A stretch of DNA of 64,000 nucleotides. Source: a virus (taxonomy: Duplodnaviria > Caudoviricetes). The stretch covers positions 2,707-66,706 of IMG/VR virus record IMGVR_UViG_2854869019_000002; one strand, 5' to 3'. The translations under genes were made by a program, and so were the position numbers. Under the pieces are notes generated by a model, which was given only the letters and a program-made list of their open reading frames with translations, was not told the DNA's origin and did no database searches. Positions 1 to 8,902 of this stretch are shown piece after piece. The stretch's first letter is position 1; each line of letters starts with the position of its first letter.

Positions 1-454
1 CCGCTTGATCGGCTTCATTGTCGGCGCTTTCCCATCCTTCAGACCAGTCTTTTGCCTTGGATGTATCTTCTGTGAATGGGTTGTCATCTTCATCTACCCC
101 AGCCTGTCTCGCTTCGAAGCCAGCTGCAAAAGGATCGTAACCGGGGTTTGTCAGATACCAAGGCTGTTCCGCTACAGGCTGAGACGAGAGAAGGCGGATA
201 TAGTGCTGCATGGATTGATGAACGGTCGAGCCGTAACAGCCACATTCGCGACCGTCACAGCACAATTGCCGGTCATACTCGCTGTGAGCGTCGATAACTC
301 CGCAAGCCGCTTCCAGACCTTCCCGAAAGCTTTCATCCAACGCCTGCGCACGCGGGGATGGGGCTAGTGTGGACATGAAAGGTAAAGCAGAGTCCTTCAA
401 TTCTATTGGAACAGGATGTTCTCTTCTGCCCTCGAAGTACGATGCAGCTGTCAT
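1..454 (-). CDS. Partial phage protein with C-terminal Rmf/CrpP-like motif (runs off window)
   Basis: Read manually: ATG at 454 overlaps upstream TGA (TGATG), SD GGAGGG, open to base 1; MTAASYFEG...AGFEARQAGVDEDDNPF...KDWSEGWESADNEADQA. Confidence 0.65.
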   Translation of the reverse strand, partial: MTAASYFEGRREHPVPIELKDSALPFMSTLAPSPRAQALDESFREGLEAACGVIDAHSEYDRQLCCDGRECGCYGSTVHQSMQHYIRLLSSQPVAEQPWYLTNPGYDPFAAGFEARQAGVDEDDNPFTEDTSKAKDWSEGWESADNEADQA

Positions 455-681
455 CACGCTGCCCTCCGCTTGAAAGGACGGCGATTGTCGTTGGCTGGCC
501 TAATACGACGCATACGGATCATCTCGCCCGTTTTGCGCGACACTTCATATGCAATGTCTTTGATCTTTGCTGCAGTCGCCGGGTCGCTCACGCGATACCA
601 ACGGGCGATTGAGAAAATCGCTGCGACCGTCGTACCCTGTGCGATGAACTCGGCGGCGGTAAGGATGTGTCTTACAGACAT
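454..681 (-). CDS. Hypothetical early protein ending PANDNRRPFKRRAA
   Basis: ORF preceded by ACACGAGGAG RBS at 690-699. Confidence 0.8.
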   Translation of the reverse strand: MSVRHILTAAEFIAQGTTVAAIFSIARWYRVSDPATAAKIKDIAYEVSRKTGEMIRMRRIRPANDNRRPFKRRAA

Positions 682-803
682 TATTAGTGCTCCTCGTGTG
701 GTGGTGGTGGTAAGCGTGACGACCCGTGGCGTGAAAACGCGCGGATCGTCGATGGTTGGGAATCTTGGGGCTCATCGGCCCCGTCGCTATCTCTTACGAT
801 AAA

Positions 804-1028
804 TCATGTGACGCCGAGGCCTACTGCGCCAACAGTCACGAAGAAACCGATGACCACAGTCATTTCAACGGCTTCTCGCGCTGCATATCGCACCCAAGGC
901 ATGGGTCGGGCGTGCTTCTTTGCGCGGTAGTCAGGTCGGCGCATTGGCTCGTCGCTGCAGGCACGATTCACTTCGGTCTGCGTGTCCGGCTCCATATCTG
1001 CGAGCAATTCCAGCAGGGCGCGGTTCAT
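804..1028 (-). CDS. Hypothetical protein with C-terminal TM helix
   Basis: TAATG-coupled to upstream gene; hydrophobic C-terminus. Confidence 0.7.
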   Translation of the reverse strand: MNRALLELLADMEPDTQTEVNRACSDEPMRRPDYRAKKHARPMPWVRYAAREAVEMTVVIGFFVTVGAVGLGVT

Positions 1029-1357
1029 TACGCAGCCTCCTTAACTTCGGAGACTTCGCTGGCGACATTCTCAACGCTGGCACCTGCCTCGCGGAGTTCA
1101 GCAAAGAGTAAGCCTTGATTGCTGGTAGCAATCGCGCCGCTTGTCTGGAAAACTTCGTATGTTTCTCCGGGGCAGAGCTTGGCGAGGCGTGTTGCCTCTG
1201 CCAGTGCTTGCTCGAACGAGCCGTGTTCATACGGTAGGGAAGTGGCAACGCTAACGCGGCCGGTCTGTTTACCGCGGCGGAATACAAAGAATCCGCCGCC
1301 GATAACTTCGTTCCTGCGAGGTGCTGGCGATCTTCTTCTTCTCGGGGTCTTGCTCAT
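1028..1357 (-). CDS. Hypothetical early protein
   Basis: ACACGAGGAG RBS at 1366-1375; first gene after leftward promoter. Confidence 0.8.
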   Translation of the reverse strand: MSKTPRRRRSPAPRRNEVIGGGFFVFRRGKQTGRVSVATSLPYEHGSFEQALAEATRLAKLCPGETYEVFQTSGAIATSNQGLLFAELREAGASVENVASEVSEVKEAA

Positions 1358-1429
1358 GATTTCTACTCCTCGTGTTTGGTGGATTCAGCAGATTAAGCTG
1401 GTGAGGCCGTCTTCGTGCTACTGCTAACA

Positions 1430-1506
1430 CATATACGATAAACGTATTTTAGTGTCAATTCAAAAATACGAAAATCGTATATGACACAGATATACGATTA
1501 TGCGAT
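1430..1506. promoter_or_regulatory. Left operator cluster (ATACG-N5-CGTAT at 1433-1447, 1466-1480, degenerate 1492-1506) and leftward sigma70 promoter
   Basis: Palindromes ATACGATAAACGTAT and ATACGAAAATCGTAT; minus-strand TTGACA(1458-1453)-N17-TATATG. Confidence 0.8.
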
Positions 1507-1515
1507 ATATCTGCT

Positions 1516-2103
1516 ATGGAAACGGATATAATAAAATGGTTCGCTGAAGCGCTTGATGCTTGTGGGTTGACGCAAGAGCAAGTTGCAAAAGAGCTCGGAT
1601 TAAACCGACAGCCTGCGATAAGTGAAATTCTAAAGGGCAAGCGTCAGCTCAAGGCCAATGAAATGGTCATAATGAGTAAGCTGAGCGGAATGCCACTCCC
1701 GGATCGCAGCACAAAGATACCTGTGCTTGGATATGTCGGCGCTGGCGCCGAAGTTTATCCAATCGACGATGGCGATCCGCTGTACGATGTAACCATCAGT
1801 AGCGCACTCCCGAAAGACACAGTCGGCGCTATTGTTCGCGGCGACAGCATGTATCCCATTTTTGAGGATGGGGATCTGGTGGCCTACTCAGGAATCGAGA
1901 TGCTACCCGAAGACGCGCTCGGCAAAACTTGCATGGTCGAACTGCAAGATGGTCGCGTCCTCATAAAAACCGTTCGTCGCGGTGTGGTTCCCGGCCTCTA
2001 CACTTTAACCAGCACAAATGCTCCGGATATAGAAGATGTAGAAATTGTGTGGGCTAGGAAGTTTGTAATGCGGATGCCAAGGGAATTTTGGCGCTCTCTA
2101 TAA
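1516..2103 (+). CDS. CI-like repressor (XRE HTH + S24 autopeptidase)
   Basis: HTH LTQEQVAKELGLNRQPAISEILKG; VGAG cleavage site, GDSM Ser motif, LIK Lys. Confidence 0.92.
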   Translation: METDIIKWFAEALDACGLTQEQVAKELGLNRQPAISEILKGKRQLKANEMVIMSKLSGMPLPDRSTKIPVLGYVGAGAEVYPIDDGDPLYDVTISSALPKDTVGAIVRGDSMYPIFEDGDLVAYSGIEMLPEDALGKTCMVELQDGRVLIKTVRRGVVPGLYTLTSTNAPDIEDVEIVWARKFVMRMPREFWRSL

Positions 2104-2219
2104 TACGATTATCGTCTGAATTCTAAAGGTCGCATTAGCGGCCTTTTTTCTTCCCTTTTTTTACAAATACGAAAAACGTATCAATATTCGTTGACAGAAA
2201 TACGAATCGCGTATATCTT
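2103..2219 (+). promoter_or_regulatory. Right operator cluster (2103-2117, 2167-2181, 2200-2214) and rightward early promoter
   Basis: Same 15-bp palindrome; TTGACA(2191-2196)-N17-TATCTT overlapped by the third operator. Confidence 0.8.
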
Positions 2220-2515
2220 CCAATCGTCAACCGACACTTAGAAGGTCGGGACACACAAAAGGAGAATGAATTGCATAAAGAGAAGCCGGAGCTTCCGCGA
2301 CCGGACAGATAGTAAGTCTGCCAAGTACCAAAGCCACCCAAGACGACCGACCAGGCACACGAGGAGAAGATCATGAACATTTCAGTCAGAGCGCTTTTCA
2401 CCGACAACAACAAATACCCACCGTAGACCAACAGGAGCGCTGGCCTCGCATATGAGGCTGGCGATGTTGCGCGTGGCAAGATGCCAAAACAGTAAGTTGA
2501 CGATGGAGCTTTGTC

Positions 2516-3010
2516 TTGGCCAATCATCTTATTTCTATTGATACGGTTGGCCGTGAAATCAAAGCCCGCATTGAGGCTGGTGATAAAGCATTAGATAAAG
2601 CCGAGCAGCATTATATTGCTGCCGGTATTCAGCTTGCTGCTGCAAAGCAACGGCTGTCAGAGACCCGTGAAATGCGATGGTCGGCATTCCTTTTCTCGCA
2701 TGCTCGCCTTAGCGACGAAACCGCCCGCAAGTACATGATGTTGGCAAATGGCGATACTACTCTGGAAGAGATTAGAGAAAAGAATGCCGCTGCCGTTAAG
2801 CGGCACAGAGAAAAGAAATCAGCCTCACAACAACAGCTTTCGGAAAAACCCAATTACGTAATTGGAAGTATTCAACAACAAAATCAACGCACTAGCAATT
2901 CACTAGGCAGAATTACAAGAATTGTCGAAGCCATTCAAGCAGCCGGTGACGACGTATTATCTCAAATTGAAGCGCTGCTTAACATCACAGAGGAGAATGT
3001 GAATGGCTAG
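2516..3010 (+). CDS. Hypothetical helical phage protein (DUF3102-like)
   Basis: GGAG RBS + TTG; AGIQLAAAK...W..FL...LSDETARKYM pattern. Confidence 0.6.
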   Translation: MANHLISIDTVGREIKARIEAGDKALDKAEQHYIAAGIQLAAAKQRLSETREMRWSAFLFSHARLSDETARKYMMLANGDTTLEEIREKNAAAVKRHREKKSASQQQLSEKPNYVIGSIQQQNQRTSNSLGRITRIVEAIQAAGDDVLSQIEALLNITEENVNG

Positions 3011-3365
3011 AGCATTAGTCAAGTCAGATCCCAAAAGCCTAGAAATAGCAATTTCTGACATTAAGGCTGGAAATCGTCCTGTCAGCATCCCGCTTACGGA
3101 TCGTCAACCTGAATATACTGATTATCAAGCGCTCGGATTTGTGCTGCTTGAAACGGTATTGCGTCAAATGACGCCGTGGGAAATCAGCTTCGCCGCAAGC
3201 ATGATAAGCACCAGTCATCCATCTGCCAAGCAGCGCGAGCGCGCAAAAATCATTCTTAAAATTTATCTCGGTCTAGATATTGATGCTGGAACAACGCCAT
3301 CTTCCGGCGTGGCTAACGATAATGCGCCTGCCACCGCATCCACGCGCCGTAAAAAATCAGCCTAA
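3003..3365 (+). CDS. Hypothetical protein ending VANDNAPATASTRRKKSA
   Basis: GAGGAG RBS, coupled ORF. Confidence 0.75.
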   Translation: MARALVKSDPKSLEIAISDIKAGNRPVSIPLTDRQPEYTDYQALGFVLLETVLRQMTPWEISFAASMISTSHPSAKQRERAKIILKIYLGLDIDAGTTPSSGVANDNAPATASTRRKKSA

Positions 3366-3635
3366 CACCCATTCTGCCTTACCAGCAGAACGTCATATCT
3401 GGATGACGACCAAACACGAACAAAAGCCCTACGCCAGATAGTATGGCGAAAACTAAAAAGGCGGAGTTTGTGAGCCGGCACCACCCGCTGCTCGCTCCGC
3501 CCCGTAATAACAGGGCACACGAGGAGGAGCTAAGCTCAACCAAACCCTGTTTTCCTTCGCAGGTACCACCCCGCGCAGGACCACAGATGGCTTCACCAAG
3601 GCTATTTGTCAACCGACACCAACCACGAGGAGAGC

Positions 3636-3929
3636 ATGAAAGATTATGAAACCATAGAAGAAGTGCATCGTATGCACGAGGCAGGAGCTAACCCGACCGA
3701 GATCGGAAATGCGCTTAGCCTACCCAGATCGACGGTAGCTTCAATTTTGCGTCGTCCTATTCCAAAATCTACAGCCGACCGCGTTGTCGTGCGGTGTGTT
3801 TCTAACGGTGGTTGGTCCACGGCCAATCACTGTGTGAGTTATATCGCAATGCCGCGCATTCGAGCGTTGGAAGCCGCGAACGATAACTACGAGCAAAACA
3901 CAAAACAGCCGGGCGAAATCGCAGCCTGA
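3636..3929 (+). CDS. HTH DNA-binding protein ending AANDNYEQNTKQPGEIAA
   Basis: GANPTEIGNALSLPRSTVASILR HTH; CCACGAGGAG RBS before ATG 3636. Confidence 0.8.
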   Translation: MKDYETIEEVHRMHEAGANPTEIGNALSLPRSTVASILRRPIPKSTADRVVVRCVSNGGWSTANHCVSYIAMPRIRALEAANDNYEQNTKQPGEIAA

Positions 3930-4000
3930 GCAAAGATGGCCTCTGCGCCGATACAGCGGAATGCAGGCCACAGATCAACCTCCTGACAGGAGGAATATCA

Positions 4001-4204
4001 ATGAAATCCCACAACTTGCATGAGCCACACAAGGCGCATCAAACAAAATTTACACGAACTGGCGAGCGGGACACAACAAACCGCAAGCCTTATCGAACAG
4101 CCGCTCAGAAGCTTCATGCCCGAGACACTGCTATCGTTAAAGACGGTCGTTACGTGTCAAACGCGCCTGTGTTGTTCAGCAGAACGCAACGGAGGTCAGC
4201 ATGA
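4001..4204 (+). CDS. Small basic hypothetical protein
   Basis: AGGAGG RBS; ATGA coupling to next gene. Confidence 0.7.
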   Translation: MKSHNLHEPHKAHQTKFTRTGERDTTNRKPYRTAAQKLHARDTAIVKDGRYVSNAPVLFSRTQRRSA

Positions 4205-4512
4205 CTTGTGATTGCGGCGATTGCTGGGATTTTCCCGGCTCAATTGTGACCCACAAACTGACCGGCTGGAAGGGCGTCATAATCGGCGACCGAGACGGTT
4301 GTACGTTCCTCACGGTGCGGTTCTGGATATCAGGCACAGGGCTTGGAACGATGGAAGCTTCGCGCTTCGAAGTTGAACCACCAGCCAATGATGGCGACGG
4401 CGGTGGCGGCTCTGAAGTCGGAACCGAAGAAGACAATGTCATTCCGGTTGACTTTACCAAGGGGGTGAAGCTGACCGCAAAAACAAAAACAAAGACGAGG
4501 GGAGTAGCGTGA
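4201..4512 (+). CDS. Hypothetical protein (SH3/KOW-like beta core)
   Basis: GGAGG RBS; FPGSIVTHKLTGWKGVII pattern. Confidence 0.7.
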   Translation: MTCDCGDCWDFPGSIVTHKLTGWKGVIIGDRDGCTFLTVRFWISGTGLGTMEASRFEVEPPANDGDGGGGSEVGTEEDNVIPVDFTKGVKLTAKTKTKTRGVA

Positions 4513-4661
4513 TGGCCCCATTCAAAGACTACGTCGTTGAAGACGACCGCATCTTGTCCAGCGAAACAGCGCTGGGCCTTGGCGATCGTTTCGTCATGGG
4601 GCTCGCAGTTGTCGCAGCCTTAGCAGTGGCCATCGGCTTTTACTCATGGGTGCTATTGTGA
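4512..4661 (+). CDS. Small membrane protein (49 aa)
   Basis: Manual translation MAPFKDY...GLAVVAALAVAIGFYSWVLL; TGATG coupling. Confidence 0.65.
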   Translation: MAPFKDYVVEDDRILSSETALGLGDRFVMGLAVVAALAVAIGFYSWVLL

Positions 4662-4816
4662 ACGTCGTAACGCCAGTCGGCAATGGCACCGGCAAGATAG
4701 CGCGTTCGCTTGCTCTGACGGGCTTTACGCTAGCGCTTTTGCTGGCCGTGGCAGGGCTCATCTTCTGGAATGCAGTGCTGCCATTCTACGGCGTGCTTTA
4801 TTTGTGGGGGAACTGA
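4658..4816 (+). CDS. Small membrane protein (52 aa)
   Basis: GTGA overlap; MNVVTPVG...LALLLAVAGLIFWNAVLPFYGVLYLWGN. Confidence 0.6.
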   Translation: MNVVTPVGNGTGKIARSLALTGFTLALLLAVAGLIFWNAVLPFYGVLYLWGN

Positions 4817-4956
4817 TGGAAACCTTCGACAGGATTCATGGCATCTTTCTTATGGTCGTCGGGTGCGGATTCCTCTGGTACGGGCGCACTGACTTAGCAA
4901 CGTTCATGACCGCTCTTGCTGGCGTGCATTTCGCCAGAATCGCGGCATTCAAATGA
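4816..4956 (+). CDS. Small membrane protein (46 aa)
   Basis: TGATG overlap; METFDRIHGIFLMVVGCGFLWYG... Confidence 0.6.
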   Translation: METFDRIHGIFLMVVGCGFLWYGRTDLATFMTALAGVHFARIAAFK

Positions 4957-5057
4957 CCTACCCACGCTTTCCCACAATGGCAACATCCGCGCCGGTCTGG
5001 CTGATTGGCTCACTTGTTTTGCTAGCCATGATGATCGCCATCCAACTTACCCACTGA
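4953..5057 (+). CDS. Small membrane peptide (34 aa)
   Basis: ATGA overlap; MTYPRFPTMATSAPVWLIGSLVLLAMMIAIQLTH. Confidence 0.5.
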   Translation: MTYPRFPTMATSAPVWLIGSLVLLAMMIAIQLTH

Positions 5058-5088
5058 CCACCGACCAAAACCACACGAGGAGTTATTT

Positions 5089-5877
5089 ATGGCTATCAGC
5101 CTATCAAGCCTCAAGTCTACGAAGAGAAACGACCCGCCAGTCATGCTTTTGTATGGCGTCGACGGCATCGGCAAGACCAGCCTTGCCGCTGAGTTTCCTG
5201 ATCCAATCTATCTTGCAACAGAAGGCGAGCGACCGCCGTCTGATGTTGAAATGGCAACGCCAGGCACGATTGAAAGCTTTGAAGATCTGCTGAATATCAT
5301 TGGCGAGCTGCTCACGGAAGAACATGATCGGCGCACCGTCATCCTCGATAGCGCCGACGGCTTAGAACCGCTTGTCTGGGCTGCGACCTGTGCCCGTCTT
5401 GGCATCACCAGCATTGAGGAAGCCGGGTTCGGTAAAGGCTACGTGGAGGCCGATACCGAATGGAATGAACTGATGTCGGCTTTATCCGCCGTGGCGCAGG
5501 CTGGCATTTATGTGGTCATCCTTGCGCACCCTGAAATCGTGCGCTTCGACAGCCCTACAACCGATCCATATTCACGATACCAGCCTAAGTTGCATAAGCG
5601 AGCAAATGCACTGGTTCGTGAAAAGTCTGACGTCGTCGCATTCATGAACTACCGCGTTTCCATCAAGGAAAAGGAAGTTGCGCGCCAGACAAAGGTCGCA
5701 CATGCTGAGGGCGGCAAAGAACGCCAGATCCATCTGAATGAAGGTGCAGGCTTCAATGCCAAGAACCGCTATTCAATGCCTGATGCTGTTCCATACCGCA
5801 AAGGGCAGGGTTTTACTGAACTGGCGAAGTACTGGCCGGTTGCGAATGACAATGCGGCGCAAAGGGACGCCGCATAA
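5089..5877 (+). CDS. Sak4-like AAA_24 ssDNA-annealing ATPase
   Basis: Walker A YGVDGIGKT, Walker B VILDS, C-terminal AKNR; next to DUF669 SSB. Confidence 0.88.
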   Translation: MAISLSSLKSTKRNDPPVMLLYGVDGIGKTSLAAEFPDPIYLATEGERPPSDVEMATPGTIESFEDLLNIIGELLTEEHDRRTVILDSADGLEPLVWAATCARLGITSIEEAGFGKGYVEADTEWNELMSALSAVAQAGIYVVILAHPEIVRFDSPTTDPYSRYQPKLHKRANALVREKSDVVAFMNYRVSIKEKEVARQTKVAHAEGGKERQIHLNEGAGFNAKNRYSMPDAVPYRKGQGFTELAKYWPVANDNAAQRDAA

Positions 5878-6119
5878 TGGAAAAAGCACTGGCAGGACTG
5901 GTTACCGTTGCCGCCATCCTTTTCTTTGCACCACTGATCGGCGTTCTCTTCGGCGCGTTCTCGGGATGGGTTGTCGGCTTCTTCTTCACTGAAACTGTGC
6001 AGTCATTCCTCACCGCTTTAGGCGTCAATGCCGGTCACTTGTCACTTTGGCAGATCGGCGCTGCGCTTGGCTTCATCGGTGGGTTCTTTCGACCAACCGT
6101 GTTCCGCGCAAAACCTTAA
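5877..6119 (+). CDS. Small membrane protein
   Basis: TAATG coupling; hydrophobic Gly-rich helices. Confidence 0.75.
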   Translation: MEKALAGLVTVAAILFFAPLIGVLFGAFSGWVVGFFFTETVQSFLTALGVNAGHLSLWQIGAALGFIGGFFRPTVFRAKP

Positions 6120-6176
6120 TCGGCGCATTCATTCTGCGCATTCAAATACCACACCACCAACACGAGGAACTAATAC

Positions 6177-6737
6177 ATGGCGAGACTTGGAACGGCGTTT
6201 GACGCCACCCAACACGACACGACGCAGTCGGATTATTCCGAACTGCCGAATGGCACATATAAGATGGAGATCGAAGCGGCTGATGTTACTCCGACATCGA
6301 CCGGCAGCGGCACCGTTTTGAAAACCACAATGAAGGTGCTTGAACCGGCAGATTATGCCGAGCGTAAGATGTTCAGTAACTACAACATTGAGAACAAGAA
6401 TCCGACCGCGCAGGAGATCGGCCAAAAGCAATTTGCCAGCCTTTGCCGCGCGATTGAAGTGTCGGCGGTCGAAGATACTGACGACCTGCTTTTCAAGTCG
6501 TTCACCGTTCGTGTGGCTCTCGGTAAGCCTTCAAAAGACGGCCAGTACCCCGCGCGCGCTGAGATCAAGAAATACTTCTTCCCAGACGAAAACAACGTGC
6601 CAGAAGCGTCAATTGACGTTCAGCAACCTACTTCGCGTCCGGTAGCTGCAAATGACAATAGGGCAGCGGCTGCAAACGATAACAAGCCAGCGCAGGCTGC
6701 AAAAGCTGCGGGCAGCCGTCCTTGGTCTAAGGGCTGA
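6177..6737 (+). CDS. DUF669 family ssDNA-binding protein
   Basis: YSELPNGTY...NYNIENKNPTAQEIG..QFASLCRAI; C-terminal PW. Confidence 0.85.
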   Translation: MARLGTAFDATQHDTTQSDYSELPNGTYKMEIEAADVTPTSTGSGTVLKTTMKVLEPADYAERKMFSNYNIENKNPTAQEIGQKQFASLCRAIEVSAVEDTDDLLFKSFTVRVALGKPSKDGQYPARAEIKKYFFPDENNVPEASIDVQQPTSRPVAANDNRAAAANDNKPAQAAKAAGSRPWSKG

Positions 6738-6801
6738 TCTATAACTGGCTACCGGTGCTTTCGCGCCGGTGGCCAACCGAACCGAACACGAGGAGTTTTG
6801 T

Positions 6802-7605
6802 ATGGCTTATGTATCCGAGCGCAGACAGATCGATGGTGCGCTTCCAATACGCTTTGACGGCGCCTTCGTTGCTGGCGGCGCAGTAACGAGCGTATTTACA
6901 GGCGCTGAAATCAATGACGTTGATCTCTATTTCAAATCTCGCCGCGCATTCGAGCGAGCTGTTTATGATGCATATGAGGAAGGCTTATGGTGCGTTGCAG
7001 CCAGTAAGCGCGCGGTGACGTTCACCGATCAGAGCAACAATATTGCTCAGCTGATGTATTTTGACTTCTTCCCAAGTGCCCAGTCTATTTTTGACGCCTT
7101 TGATTTTACCGTTTGCATGGGCGCGGTGGATCTGGACGCGGGCGCCAATAGCCCCGACTCCGGATTTGCCTTTCATCCTGACTTTCTGAAGCACAACAGC
7201 CAGCGCTTTCTGAAATTCAATGCTGGTACACGTTATCCACTCGCGTCAGCTACCCGCGTCCTGAAATACCAACAGCGCGGCTACACCATTGGGAAAGGCG
7301 ACATCATGAAAGTTGCCTTGGCCGTTCGCGGCGTGAAGATCGAAACTTGGGAAGACCTCAAGGACCAGATCGGCGGCGCTTACGGTGACAAGGTTGTACT
7401 TGGAAACGAGGACAAACCTTTCACCATTGAAGCGGCTATCGAGGCGCTGACTGTTGAGGATGCCGAAAGTGAACCATGGGTGCAACCGGTCAACGATAAT
7501 ATGCCGGGTAATGCCGAAGCGCTTCTGGAACACCTTGCCGATCTCAATGGCATCGAATTTGTTCCGCCTGAACTTGATGAAGACGGCTGGCCTCTAGCGG
7601 CCTAA
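6802..7605 (+). CDS. Nucleotidyltransferase-fold protein (poly(A) polymerase/CCA-head-like)
   Basis: FVAGGAV..., NDVDLYF (DxD), FDFTVC; ACACGAGGAG RBS before ATG 6802. Confidence 0.7.
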   Translation: MAYVSERRQIDGALPIRFDGAFVAGGAVTSVFTGAEINDVDLYFKSRRAFERAVYDAYEEGLWCVAASKRAVTFTDQSNNIAQLMYFDFFPSAQSIFDAFDFTVCMGAVDLDAGANSPDSGFAFHPDFLKHNSQRFLKFNAGTRYPLASATRVLKYQQRGYTIGKGDIMKVALAVRGVKIETWEDLKDQIGGAYGDKVVLGNEDKPFTIEAAIEALTVEDAESEPWVQPVNDNMPGNAEALLEHLADLNGIEFVPPELDEDGWPLAA

Positions 7606-7662
7606 ACCAACCACGGCGCGGTCACCAGCCGCGCCTAACACCACCAACACGAGGAGAAACCC

Positions 7663-8721
7663 ATGCGGGTAACGCTTGATCGAGCACAGCTTGCGCACGC
7701 CTTGTCGACCGTGACAAAGGCAGTTGAGGCCAGAACGACAATTCCAATTCTTGGCAACGTGCTTTTGTCCGCGGACAATGGACAGTTGAGCATCACCGGT
7801 ACAAATCTTGATCTGGAAATCAGCACCAGCTTGCCGGTTCTGGACAGCCAGGACGGCACTGTAACTGTTGCAGGCAAGCTGCTTCTGGATATTGCCAAGA
7901 AGGCAACGGGCGACGTTATGCTGGAAGCCGATGGCGATCATCTGGTCATCAAATCTGGAAAGAGCCGTTTCAAGCTGGATACGCTACCAGCGGCTGACTT
8001 CCCGTCCTTCAATCGCGGAAGCTTCGATACCACGATCGAGTTCGATCTGGCATCGCTCGTGCAGACTGTCCAGTTTGCAGTAAGCACCGACGAGACCCGC
8101 TTTTATTTGAACGGCGTCTTTCTGGAAGCAAAGGACGGCCATATCGTTGCCACGGCGACAGATGGTCATCGCCTAGCGTCGACACGTATCGAGCAGGAAG
8201 CATCGTTTGCGTCGGTCATTCTGCCCAACAAACTGCTGTCATTGCTACCGACCGGCGTTGTGTCGGTGTCGCTGTCGTCAAACAAGATCATGGTCGAAAG
8301 CGGTTCTACTGTAATCGTGTCGAAACTCGTCGACGGCACATATCCGGATTACGAGCGGGTTATTCCAAAGCCATCAGAGCGTGTCGCTACGCTGTCGGCT
8401 AAAGCACTGCGCGAAGCCGTCGGCCGCACATCAGTTATCGCCAATGAACGGGGCAGGGGCGTGCGCTTCTCGTTTGCATCTGATGCCCTGACGCTGAATG
8501 TGGCCAACCCAGATCGCGGTGATGCGACTGAGGAGATGGAAGTTTCATTTAGCGCAGAGCCGCTGACGATTGGATTCAACGGTCAGTATGTCAACGATCT
8601 CATGGCGGCATTTGGCGCTGATGAAGTCACGATGTCGATGGCCGACTCCGGTTCGCCAGCATTGGTAACATGCGCAAGCAGGCCGGGATATAGGTGCGTA
8701 ATTATGCCGATGCGGGTGTAG
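7663..8721 (+). CDS. dnaN: DNA polymerase III beta sliding clamp (phage copy)
   Basis: TIPILGNVLL, GTNLDLEI, DETRFYLNGV, ATDGHRL, C-terminal VIMPMRV. Confidence 0.95.
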   Translation: MRVTLDRAQLAHALSTVTKAVEARTTIPILGNVLLSADNGQLSITGTNLDLEISTSLPVLDSQDGTVTVAGKLLLDIAKKATGDVMLEADGDHLVIKSGKSRFKLDTLPAADFPSFNRGSFDTTIEFDLASLVQTVQFAVSTDETRFYLNGVFLEAKDGHIVATATDGHRLASTRIEQEASFASVILPNKLLSLLPTGVVSVSLSSNKIMVESGSTVIVSKLVDGTYPDYERVIPKPSERVATLSAKALREAVGRTSVIANERGRGVRFSFASDALTLNVANPDRGDATEEMEVSFSAEPLTIGFNGQYVNDLMAAFGADEVTMSMADSGSPALVTCASRPGYRCVIMPMRV

Positions 8722-8725
8722 GACC

Positions 8726-8902
8726 ATGAAAAGCGTCTTCGCGATATTCAAGCAGGTCTCACCCGAAACATATCGGCCATTTCGGATCATCGAAACCTAC
8801 GTGACCTCGGAGGGGATGCGTTCGCGCATCTGCTCTGGCGCGTTCTCCACGTTCGATGCCGCTCAAGGTTGGGTTTCTCAGCTGGAAACTGGTTCGGCTT
8901 AA
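8726..8902 (+). CDS. Small hypothetical protein (58 aa)
   Basis: Manual translation fills the gap; TAATG coupling to next gene. Confidence 0.55.
   Translation: MKSVFAIFKQVSPETYRPFRIIETYVTSEGMRSRICSGAFSTFDAAQGWVSQLETGSA

Noticed and set aside
5-367. Plus-strand 120-aa ORF
   Set aside because: Shadow of the coupled minus-strand gene 454->1, which has an SD and fits operon direction
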